Under the pieces are notes generated by a model, which searched no databases, was not told the DNA's origin, and was given only the letters and a program-made list of their open reading frames with translations. Position numbers and translations under genes: made by a program. This document shows positions 1 through 7,968 of a DNA stretch of 57,211 bases, piece after piece. Each line of letters opens with the position of its first letter. Within the stretch, counting starts at the first letter, position 1. This DNA is from Propionicimonas sp. (lineage in GTDB: Bacteria; Actinomycetota; Actinomycetes; Propionibacteriales; Propionibacteriaceae): positions 1 to 57,211 of the forward strand of contig NZ_JASGES010000039.1 of assembly GCF_047606205.1 (NCBI RefSeq), in the 5' to 3' direction.

Positions 1-594
1 ACCGCGAAGCAACGCAAGACGGCCTACGTGGTCATGTGCCGGGAGGCGAAGGAGGCCGGGCGTCCGTGCGAGTGGATCGCGCCGGAGAAGGGCACGGCGG
101 AACCGGCGAAGATGATCATCGACCTCGACGCGATCGCGCGCACGCTGCTCACCCGCATCCGGATTCCGAGTCCGGCACCTCAGGTGGGGCCCGACCCGTC
201 CACGAACGAGTGGAAGATGGCGGCTGTGGGATACCCGTTGTGGCTGTGGAACACCGGCCCGACGTCCGTCGTCGACCGGGTCCGTGCCTACGGGGTAACC
301 TTCACCCTCCGCGCACAGTGGACCTCGTCCCGCTTCAGCATGGGCGACGGCCAGAGCGTGACCTGCACCAGCACCCGGGCCTGGTCCCGCGGCGTGAGTC
401 CGGGCGCCTCCTCACCCGTGTGCGGCTACACGTACCAGACCTCGTCGCTGCCCCACGGGCGGTACACCGTCACCTCGACCACCTCCTGGCGGATCTCCTG
501 GAGTGCATTGGGGTTGTCCGGCTCGTTCCCGGCGAGCTTCACCGGGAACCGGTCGCTGGCCGTCGGCGAGCTGGACGCGCTGGTGGTGAAGTGA
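1..594 (+). CDS. Hypothetical protein, 5'-truncated by the window; C-terminal PKD/Ig-like region of a common actinobacterial secreted family
   Basis: Frame is open from base 1; GC3-rich codons; motifs VGYPLWLW, MGDGQSVTC, SPVCGYTY recalled from this family. Confidence 0.5.
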   Translation, partial: TAKQRKTAYVVMCREAKEAGRPCEWIAPEKGTAEPAKMIIDLDAIARTLLTRIRIPSPAPQVGPDPSTNEWKMAAVGYPLWLWNTGPTSVVDRVRAYGVTFTLRAQWTSSRFSMGDGQSVTCTSTRAWSRGVSPGASSPVCGYTYQTSSLPHGRYTVTSTTSWRISWSALGLSGSFPASFTGNRSLAVGELDALVVK

Positions 595-675
595 CGGCGA
601 CCCGCTGACGCTCGTCCCTCAGAGACCGTTGCGGGGCTCAGGTCTCAAGTGGGGCTCTAGGTGTTTTCTCAGGTG

Positions 676-1029
676 TCACGCGTAGCCGAGGTGGTCCAAC
701 TCGTCGTCGTCGATGCCGAAGAAGTGAGCGATCTCGTGCCACACCGTGATCCGCACTTCCTCGACCAGCTCCGCCTCGCTGGAGACCAGTCGCAGCAACG
801 GTCCGCGGAAGATCAGGATCCGGTCGGGCAGCACTCCCGAGTACTGCGAAGTTCGCTCTGACAAGGGAGTTCCGTCATAGAAGCCGAGGACGTCGCCCAT
901 CTCCGGCTCGGGCTCCTCCGCCACGATCAGCGCACAGTTCTCGACCAGGTCGAACAGCTGGTCGGGGATCTCCGACAGCGCCTCGTCGACCAATTCATCG
1001 AACCGCTCCTGGGTGACCTGCAGCGCCAT
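676..1029 (-). CDS. Zincin-like metallopeptidase family protein (Zincin_1/DUF1025-like)
   Basis: 117 aa with LPDRILIFRGP and HEIAHFFGI (HEXXH). Confidence 0.85.
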   Translation of the reverse strand: MALQVTQERFDELVDEALSEIPDQLFDLVENCALIVAEEPEPEMGDVLGFYDGTPLSERTSQYSGVLPDRILIFRGPLLRLVSSEAELVEEVRITVWHEIAHFFGIDDDELDHLGYA

Positions 1030-1222
1030 GCTCCCACCCTAGCCACACCCTCAACACGGGAATCACACCCATGTAGTTATTCAGCATCCCCTCCCGAAAG
1101 ACGGCACGCATCAATACAGTCCTGTTTCGCCTGAGGCGGCTGGGGCGGGTGTGACGAGGGTCACGGGGAAGGCCCGTCCACCGCCCGGACGAGACACGAC
1201 ATCGGAAAGGGGCCACGGACCC

Positions 1223-2548
1223 GTGAAGAGAGCGCTGGTCGCCACTCGCGCCACCCTGGCGTGGGTCGTGCTGACCGCGTCCCTGCTCACCACCGGCCTC
1301 GTCGCCGCCACACCGACCGACGCGGCGACCACCGCCACGACCTACACCGCCAACACCTCCGTGAACGTCCGCACCGGCGCGAGCACCACCAAGACCATCC
1401 TCTTCCAGCTCCAGAAGGGGCAGTCGGTCGTCGCCGCGGGCAAGGTCTCCGGCGACTGGCTGCCGATCACGTACAACAACACCACCGCCTACGCCTGGGC
1501 CGAGTACCTGGACGCGGACAAGACCGCCGCCAGCCTCGTCCTCACCGGGCCGGCCGGACGCAGGAGCGCCCTCACCAACGTCAACGTCCGCGCCACCGCC
1601 AGCCTGGACGCCGACATCACGGCGATCCTGGACGCGGGCACCGCCATCACCGTGACCGGCTACTCCTCGGGTGTCTTCGCCCAGGTCACCGTCAACGGCG
1701 CCACCGGCTGGATCCACTCCCAGTTCCTGTCCACCGCCACCGACACGACGCCGGCGACGGTCGCCACCTACACCACCACCCTGAAAATGGCGCTGCGCTC
1801 CTCCGCCTCCCTGGCTGCCACCAACCAGGCCACGCTCCCGGTCGGCACCACCGTCGCGAGCACCGGCACCCACAGCGGCAGCTACACCCAGGTGGTGACC
1901 TCCGGGAAGGTCGGCTGGGTGATCACCGGCTACCTCGCCGCCGTCGACGGCACCGACGACGACGACATCCTCCCCACCGCCGCCGGGCTGCGCTACGTGA
2001 CGCCCGCCACGCTCGCCGTGCTGGCCACGGCCAGCGCGAGCGCCACCACACTCGCCACCCTCACCTCCGGAATGAAGATCGCCATCACCGGCACCACCAA
2101 GAGCACCTACTCCCAGATGATCTGGAACGGCGCTCTCGCCTGGGTGTCCACCGCATCCCTCAGCGCTACGAAGCCGGTGACCGACCTCGGTTCCAGCAGC
2201 CTCAACAAGCTCGAGCCGTACGGCAAAGCCGCCGTCCTCGAGGTGCGCGCCAACTTCCCGAAGATCACCACCATCTACGGGTGGCGCGCCTCCAGCGCAT
2301 ACTCCTCCGACCACCCCAACGGCCGCGCGATCGACATCATGATCCCCAGCTACAAGTCCAACAAGGCCCTCGGGGACTCGATCGCCCAGTACTTCATCGA
2401 CAACGGAAAGCGCCTGCACGTCACCTACATCCTGTGGCGCCAGCGCAGCTACACCCTCAGCCGCGGATCCTGGAAGGCCATGGAGGATCGCGGCAGTGAC
2501 ACCGAGAACCACATGAACCACGTGCACGTGTCGTTCGAACCCAGTTGA
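1223..2548 (+). CDS. Secreted multi-SH3b-domain protein with C-terminal M15/Hedgehog-like peptidase domain (probable cell-wall hydrolase)
   Basis: GTG after GAAAGGGG RBS; signal peptide; about four SH3b-like repeats (NVRTGAST, NVRATASL, ALRSSASL...GWV); C-terminal SDHPNGRAIDIM and HMNHVHVSF. Confidence 0.8.
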   Translation: MKRALVATRATLAWVVLTASLLTTGLVAATPTDAATTATTYTANTSVNVRTGASTTKTILFQLQKGQSVVAAGKVSGDWLPITYNNTTAYAWAEYLDADKTAASLVLTGPAGRRSALTNVNVRATASLDADITAILDAGTAITVTGYSSGVFAQVTVNGATGWIHSQFLSTATDTTPATVATYTTTLKMALRSSASLAATNQATLPVGTTVASTGTHSGSYTQVVTSGKVGWVITGYLAAVDGTDDDDILPTAAGLRYVTPATLAVLATASASATTLATLTSGMKIAITGTTKSTYSQMIWNGALAWVSTASLSATKPVTDLGSSSLNKLEPYGKAAVLEVRANFPKITTIYGWRASSAYSSDHPNGRAIDIMIPSYKSNKALGDSIAQYFIDNGKRLHVTYILWRQRSYTLSRGSWKAMEDRGSDTENHMNHVHVSFEPS

Positions 2549-2569
2549 CGTCCCCCTCCGACCCCCCGG

Positions 2570-2609
2570 GCGAACGGCCCTCGCCATGCCACCGGCGGGG
2601 GCCGTTCGT
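2570..2609 (+). terminator. Hairpin after the SH3 gene
   Basis: gcgaacggccctcgcc / ggcgggggccgttcgt inverted repeat. Confidence 0.6.
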
Positions 2610-2634
2610 CGTTCGCCGGGCCCGCCCCGGCGTT

Positions 2635-2664
2635 TTGAGCGGCCCAGCGCGGTGGCCGTATAGT
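2635..2664 (+). promoter_or_regulatory. SigA-type promoter for tRNA-Glu
   Basis: TTGAGC-18 nt-TATAGT, 10 nt before the tRNA. Confidence 0.65.
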
Positions 2665-2674
2665 GGCGCGTCAG

Positions 2675-2750
2675 GTCCCCATCGTCTAGCGGCCTAGGAC
2701 ACCGCCCTTTCAAGGCGGCAGCGCGGGTTCGAATCCCGTTGGGGATGCCA
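2675..2750 (+). tRNA. tRNA-Glu (TTC)
   Basis: Acceptor GTCCCCA/TGGGGAT, anticodon arm ccgcc-ctTTCaa-ggcgg, GGTTCGAATCC T-loop, encoded CCA. Confidence 0.97.
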
Positions 2751-2876
2751 ATGCGGCGGCCTTCCTCCCACCCGGAAACCCTCGCCGTCACCTGCCGGCC
2801 GACGCTTCGCCCCTTCCGCCTGCCGGCGGGGACGCCGAGTGGTGGAGTCGTCGGGGCTGCGGTGGCACCATGAGTC

Positions 2877-4160
2877 ATGGCGATCCTGACTCCCCGGCAG
2901 TTCGAGCAGGCCGGCGGCACCGGCGACTGGAGGGCCCTGAACGCGGGGGCGGACACGTGGTTCGAGACCGGCTCACACCTCGCGGGCGCCCGGTTCGTCC
3001 GGCGGGTGGCCGACCTCGCCGAGACCGCCGGACACCACCCTGACGTCGACCTGCGCTCCACCGGCGTCCACCTGCGGCTGTTCAGCCACGACGTGAACCA
3101 GCTCACCGAGCGCGACGTCGCGCTCGCCCGGCAGGTCTCGAACGCCGCCGCCGACCTCGGCCTGCCCGCGGACCCGTCGGCCGTGCAGCGCATGCAGCTC
3201 GCCGTCGACGCCATCGACGCCGCGACCCTGGTGCCGTTCTGGCAGACCGCGCTCCGCTACGACCGCGTCGCGGACGACCGGCTGGCCGACCCGCTCGGCC
3301 GCCAGCCGCGCCTCTGGTTCCAGGAGATGGACGGGCCCCGCCCACTGCGCAACCGGATCCACATCGACGCGGGCACGCCATGGGAGCTGGTTGCCGACAC
3401 CACCGCCGCCCTGAAGGCCGCCGGCGGCCGGATCAGCTACGAGAACGCGTGGTGGCGCACCATCGCGGACGCAGAGGGCAACGAGGCCGACGTGTTCCCG
3501 CTGGCCGCGGAGAACGGGACCTTCGGCGACCCGGCCGCCGGCGACTGGCGGACGATGCTGACCGCGGCCGTGCACTACCCGACCGGCTCGTTCGGACAGG
3601 GCGTGGACCTGGTGGAGGCGGTCGCGGCCGCCGCCGACGAGGCGGGGCTGCCCCTGATGATCGACCTGCGCTACCCCGGCGTGACCGTGGACGGCGGCAA
3701 GGACCAGCACGAGGCCGAAGGGTTCGTGGAGCTGGCCGGCGCCGTCCAGTCGGCCGCCCGCGACCTCGGCCTGGTCGCCGACCCGACCGGTGTGCGCGAC
3801 CTCCAGGTCGGCATCGACGCCCTCGACATCGCAGCGGTCGAGGCGTTCTGGCGGGCGGCACTGGGCTACGTCGCCGACCCGCGGCCCGGCCTGCACGACC
3901 TCTACGACCCGCGCAGGCTGAACCCACCGGTGTTCTTCCAGCAGCTGGACGAACCCCGGGAACAGCGCAACCGCCTGCACGTCGACCTCTTCGTGCCCGC
4001 CGACCAGGCGGACGCCCGGGTGGCCGCGGCGGTCGCGGCCGGTGGCCGGATCGTCTTCGACGCCGAGGCGCCGGACTGGTGGACGCTGGCCGACCCCGAG
4101 GGCAACGAACTCGACATCGCCGTCACCGTCGGCAGGGCGGAGCGGGCCGGGCGGGCCTGA
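2877..4160 (+). CDS. Pterin-4a-carbinolamine dehydratase / VOC (glyoxalase-like) fusion, internally duplicated
   Basis: HHPDVDLR PCD motif; two VOC modules (RNRIHID...ADAEGNE and RNRLHVD...ADPEGNE). Confidence 0.8.
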   Translation: MAILTPRQFEQAGGTGDWRALNAGADTWFETGSHLAGARFVRRVADLAETAGHHPDVDLRSTGVHLRLFSHDVNQLTERDVALARQVSNAAADLGLPADPSAVQRMQLAVDAIDAATLVPFWQTALRYDRVADDRLADPLGRQPRLWFQEMDGPRPLRNRIHIDAGTPWELVADTTAALKAAGGRISYENAWWRTIADAEGNEADVFPLAAENGTFGDPAAGDWRTMLTAAVHYPTGSFGQGVDLVEAVAAAADEAGLPLMIDLRYPGVTVDGGKDQHEAEGFVELAGAVQSAARDLGLVADPTGVRDLQVGIDALDIAAVEAFWRAALGYVADPRPGLHDLYDPRRLNPPVFFQQLDEPREQRNRLHVDLFVPADQADARVAAAVAAGGRIVFDAEAPDWWTLADPEGNELDIAVTVGRAERAGRA

Positions 4161-4175
4161 GCCCCGGAACGCCGT

Positions 4176-5636
4176 TCAGGGCGTCAACAGCCGCTCCCCC
4201 GGCGCAAGGACGTCCAGGGTCCGCTCGTCGCGGTGGTCGAGCAGCCAGCGCCCGGTCGAGGCCAGGTCGAAGTTCTCCGGCTGCCAGCGCAGCGCGTTCA
4301 GTCGCGTCCCCACCAGCTGCACCGAGCGCGACCACTCACGGACGCCGAGCACCTCCAGTTCGGCCTCGGTGACCAGCGCCACCGACTCCCCCGTCTCGGG
4401 GGCACGCAGCGTGCGCAGCCGCCGGTCGCCCTCCGCGTCCAGGGCCGCCACCCCGTCCTCCACCGACTGCATCATCGAGCGCTGGGCGTCCCTGCTGATC
4501 CACAGCGGCTCCGGCCCGCACGCCAGCGAGGTCGTCGCGACACGATGGCCGGCGTCCGGGCGACCCACCTGGCGCGCCGCAGCGGCCATCCGCTGCAGCC
4601 GCGAGGAGTCGGCCAGCAGCTGGTCGATCTTGTACCCCACGGTGGTCGCATAGTTGCAGCGGACGGCGGCGCCGGACTCCAGCAGGTAGTCGGCGTTGCG
4701 CACCTCCTGGCCCGGGATCGGGTTCACGAGCACCATCGGCAGGCCCGCCGCCATGCACTCCGAGGACGACAGCCCGCCCGGCTTGCCGACGAACAGGCTC
4801 GAGACCCGCATCAGGTCGGCCATCCGGTCGGTGAACCCGAGCACGACGATGTCGTCCTCGCGCCCCGCCGCGGCCACCAGCAGCTCGATCTCGGCCTTCA
4901 GCTCCGCGTTGCGGCCGCACACGATCACGGCCTGGAAGGGGTGGGACATCCGCAACGCCTGGCGCACCACCTGTGTCGTGTACGACCCGCCCGCCGCGCC
5001 GGCGGAGATCAGCACGACCGGCACACCGGGGCGCAGCCCGAACTCCGCGCGGACCGCCGCCTCATCCACCGGATCGGCCAGGCCGCTGCGGACCGGGATG
5101 CCGGGCGCGCTCACCCGGTCCTCCGGGATTCCGATGCTCGCCAGGTACCGACCGGTCTCCTCGCGGGCGGCGAAGAAGTGGTGGAACGGCGAGGTGAGCC
5201 ACAATCCCTGGAAGTCGTAGTCGGTCGTGACCACGGTCAGCGTCGCCCGCAGTTGCTTGCGCGCGATCATCAGCGACACCAGCCGCGCGGGCAGGAAGTG
5301 CGTGCAGATCACCACGTCGGGGTTGTAGTCGCGCAGTTCGCGGACGAACGTGACGGTGTTGAGCTGCTCCAGCCACTTCAGGGGGGACGCGGCCAGCTTG
5401 AACGGCGGATCGGCGTTGTCGTAGCCCCACCCGACCAGCCACGGCACCTGCGCCACCAGCTGGAAGTAGGCGTCGTCGTAGAGCCGGTTGAACAGTTCGT
5501 TCGTCGTCTCGAGGATGTCCAGCCGGCGCACCTCGTCGTCGGGCGCGAGCCCGTCCAGCCCCGCCTGCACCGCGCTCGCAGCCATGTTGTGGCCCGAACC
5601 CACCCCGGCGGCGAGGATCATCACCCGGCGTCCCAT
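4176..5636 (-). CDS. MGDG synthase/UgtP-like diacylglycerol glycosyltransferase (GT28)
   Basis: GSGHNMAA, VICTHF, TDYD, GIPVR, GKPGGLSSSE, PIPGQEVRNA motifs; start taken at MGRRVMIL. Confidence 0.85.
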   Translation of the reverse strand: MGRRVMILAAGVGSGHNMAASAVQAGLDGLAPDDEVRRLDILETTNELFNRLYDDAYFQLVAQVPWLVGWGYDNADPPFKLAASPLKWLEQLNTVTFVRELRDYNPDVVICTHFLPARLVSLMIARKQLRATLTVVTTDYDFQGLWLTSPFHHFFAAREETGRYLASIGIPEDRVSAPGIPVRSGLADPVDEAAVRAEFGLRPGVPVVLISAGAAGGSYTTQVVRQALRMSHPFQAVIVCGRNAELKAEIELLVAAAGREDDIVVLGFTDRMADLMRVSSLFVGKPGGLSSSECMAAGLPMVLVNPIPGQEVRNADYLLESGAAVRCNYATTVGYKIDQLLADSSRLQRMAAAARQVGRPDAGHRVATTSLACGPEPLWISRDAQRSMMQSVEDGVAALDAEGDRRLRTLRAPETGESVALVTEAELEVLGVREWSRSVQLVGTRLNALRWQPENFDLASTGRWLLDHRDERTLDVLAPGERLLTP

Positions 5637-5736
5637 GTCGCAAAGGGTATCCACTCGGCACCGATTTTCCCCCGCGCGACGGGGTACGTTATAGTTTCCG
5701 GGCTGGCCGGGGAACACCGGTCGGCGAGGCCCACGA

Positions 5737-5810
5737 GGCCCCGTAGCGCAGTTGGTTAGCGCGCCGCCCTGTCACGGCGGAGGTCGCGGGTTCGAGTCCC
5801 GTCGGGGTCG
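5737..5810 (+). tRNA. tRNA-Asp (GTC)
   Basis: GGCCCCG/CGGGGTC acceptor, ccgcc-ctGTCac-ggcgg, GGTTCGAGTCC; TATAGT -10 at 5690-5695. Confidence 0.97.
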
Positions 5811-5832
5811 CTGGAAGCGCAAACGCTTTCTC

Positions 5833-5906
5833 GGCCAGGTAGCTCAGATGGTAGTAGCGTTCGCCTGAAAAGTGAAAGGTCGCCGGTTCGATCCCGGCCC
5901 TGGCCA
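5833..5906 (+). tRNA. tRNA-Phe (GAA)
   Basis: GGCCAGG/CCTGGCC acceptor, ttcgc-ctGAAaa-gtgaa, GGTTCGATCCC. Confidence 0.95.
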
Positions 5907-5913
5907 CACGCGC

Positions 5914-5947
5914 GCGATGGAATCCGATTCCATCGCATTTTCTCTTT
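5914..5947 (+). terminator. Intrinsic terminator of the tRNA-Asp/Phe unit
   Basis: gcgatggaat-ccg-attccatcgc followed by attttctcttt. Confidence 0.85.
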
Positions 5948-6067
5948 CGGCGAATGCCGCCTGCTCCCCTGCCGCCGTCCCCCGCGAAGCCCGGCGTGTC
6001 CGTCCACAGCGGACGGCAAGAGGGGCCGGGCGTTTCGGCCCGACCCCTCCGTGCTGCCCTGATCAGC

Positions 6068-7795
6068 TCACTTCGTGAAGCCGACGTTCTCCCACTTCGG
6101 GGTCCGGGCCATGCCCATGGCTCCGATGTTGGCCAGCTTGTCCCGGACGCCGATCAGCATCGGGCGCTGGTACAGCGGAAGGGTGTGCACGGCCTCCCAG
6201 ATCGCCTGCGCGGCCTGGTTGCCGAGCTCGGCGCGCTTGGTCGCGTCCATCTCGGTGTCGATCTGCGGGATCAGCTCGTTCACCTTCGGGATGTCGAGCT
6301 GGGCGTAGTTCGCCTCGTTCGGCTTGAAGCTGTCACCGGTGCCGGTGCCACCGTAGATCTGGCCGATGTTGCGCAGCGGGTACGGCGTGCCGATCCACGA
6401 GAACGCGATGATGTCGAAGTCGTGCTTGGTGAGCACGCCCGGCCAGTCCTTGTTGGTGTCGACCGTCTTCAGCTTCAGGTTGACGCCGATCTCCTTCAGG
6501 CTCTTCTGGGCCTGCAGCGCCTCGTTCTCCGAGGCGGCCACGCCGCCCAGAACGGCGAAGGTCAGATCGAGTTCCTTGCCGTCCTTCTCCCGGTAGCCGG
6601 TCGAGTCGTTCATCGTCCAGCCGGCCGCGTCGAGCGTCGACTTGGCCTTGTCCGGGTTGTAGTCGATGCCGGTGGCCTTGGCCTGGTCGACGTAGCCGGG
6701 CTGGTTCGACACGTACAGGTTGTTGTTCAGCGGCACCTTGTCGCCCGGCAGGCCGGCGAGGTCGGACTGCGCGATGACGGTCCGGTCGATGCCCATCACG
6801 ATCGCCTGACGAACGCTCTGGTCGGAGAGGATCGGCGACTTGGAGTTGAAGGTGAAGTGCCGGAAGTTTGGCCCGGCCGCAACCCGCACCACCGAATCGG
6901 GAGCGTTCTTCGCCTGCGCGTAGCCGTCAGCGTCCGCGCCGATGTCGTAGTAGTCCAGCTCCTTGTTCGCGAAGGCGGAGGCCAGCGCGTCCGCGGTGAT
7001 GTTCTTCCAGGTCAGCTTGGTCAGCAGCGGCTTGTTGCCCCACCACTTCGGATTCGGCTCCATCGTCACCGTGCCGCTGGTCTTGTCCCAGTTGGTCACC
7101 CTGAACGGACCGGAGAACCAGGCATCCTTGTACTCGGGCCAGCCGTCGTTGAACAGCTTCGGGGTCGCGACGCTCTCGGCGCGCAGCGGACCGTCGCCCA
7201 CGATCGCGATCCAGTCGGGATAGGTGGACTTGAACGTGATCACGACCTGCTGGGGGCCCGTGCCGGCAGCCACCGAGGTGACCTGGTTCCAGCCGTCGGT
7301 CGACGCGGCGGCGAAGTCCTTGTTGGAGCCGTTCTGCGCCTTCCAGGTGGCGACCCAGTCGTCGGCGCTGATCACGGTGCCGTCGTTCCAGGTGGCCTTC
7401 GGGTTCAGGTCCAGCGTGATCACCAGGTGGCCGTCGGTGACGGTCTCGTTCGCCGCGGTGAGGTAGTCCGGGTTGATCACCGGGGTGCCGTCACCCTGGT
7501 AGTCGTAGTAGGTCGGCCGGATCGGCGCCTCCAGGAACTGCAGTTCCGCGTCGTTGCCGGTCACGTTGAACTGGTTCCAGGTGGTGATCTGGCTGCTCAT
7601 CGAGCCAATGAACTCACCACCCTCGGCAAGCTGGTCACGCGGTGTCTCGTTGATGTCCCACCCGCTTGCGGCGGGGGTCGCCGCCGTCCCTGCGGTCGAG
7701 CCCGGCGTCGCGGTCTGCGACGGCCCACCGCAGGCGGCCATGGTCAGGGCCAGGCCTCCGGCGAGGATGGGCATCAGGATTCTTGAAGCCTTCAC
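6068..7795 (-). CDS. oppA: Oligopeptide/dipeptide ABC transporter substrate-binding lipoprotein (family 5)
   Basis: GTG with GGAGG RBS; lipobox MAAC; LNPKATWNDG, SGPF, VRQAI motifs. Confidence 0.88.
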   Translation of the reverse strand: MKASRILMPILAGGLALTMAACGGPSQTATPGSTAGTAATPAASGWDINETPRDQLAEGGEFIGSMSSQITTWNQFNVTGNDAELQFLEAPIRPTYYDYQGDGTPVINPDYLTAANETVTDGHLVITLDLNPKATWNDGTVISADDWVATWKAQNGSNKDFAAASTDGWNQVTSVAAGTGPQQVVITFKSTYPDWIAIVGDGPLRAESVATPKLFNDGWPEYKDAWFSGPFRVTNWDKTSGTVTMEPNPKWWGNKPLLTKLTWKNITADALASAFANKELDYYDIGADADGYAQAKNAPDSVVRVAAGPNFRHFTFNSKSPILSDQSVRQAIVMGIDRTVIAQSDLAGLPGDKVPLNNNLYVSNQPGYVDQAKATGIDYNPDKAKSTLDAAGWTMNDSTGYREKDGKELDLTFAVLGGVAASENEALQAQKSLKEIGVNLKLKTVDTNKDWPGVLTKHDFDIIAFSWIGTPYPLRNIGQIYGGTGTGDSFKPNEANYAQLDIPKVNELIPQIDTEMDATKRAELGNQAAQAIWEAVHTLPLYQRPMLIGVRDKLANIGAMGMARTPKWENVGFTK

Positions 7796-7968
7796 ATTTC
7801 CTCCATGTGCGTGATGGCGGGCCCACGACATGGTGGCGGCGGGGGCCAAGGCCATACGGATAGCTCCTGACCATACCCTTTGGTGCGCCGTCACCCACAA
7901 TGAGCCGTGTAACGACCTGCTAACGAAACCGCGAGAGGCCGCCCCGGGGCGGTGTTGTCGGGGCGGGA

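Noticed and set aside
1030-1222. c-di-AMP (ydaO) riboswitch before the SH3 hydrolase
   Set aside because: The conserved GCCGAATCC, GGGGTGAATC and CCCGTCAGCTAAC elements are not present
2675-5810. Integrated element at tRNA-Glu
   Set aside because: No integrase and no duplicated tRNA 3' end found
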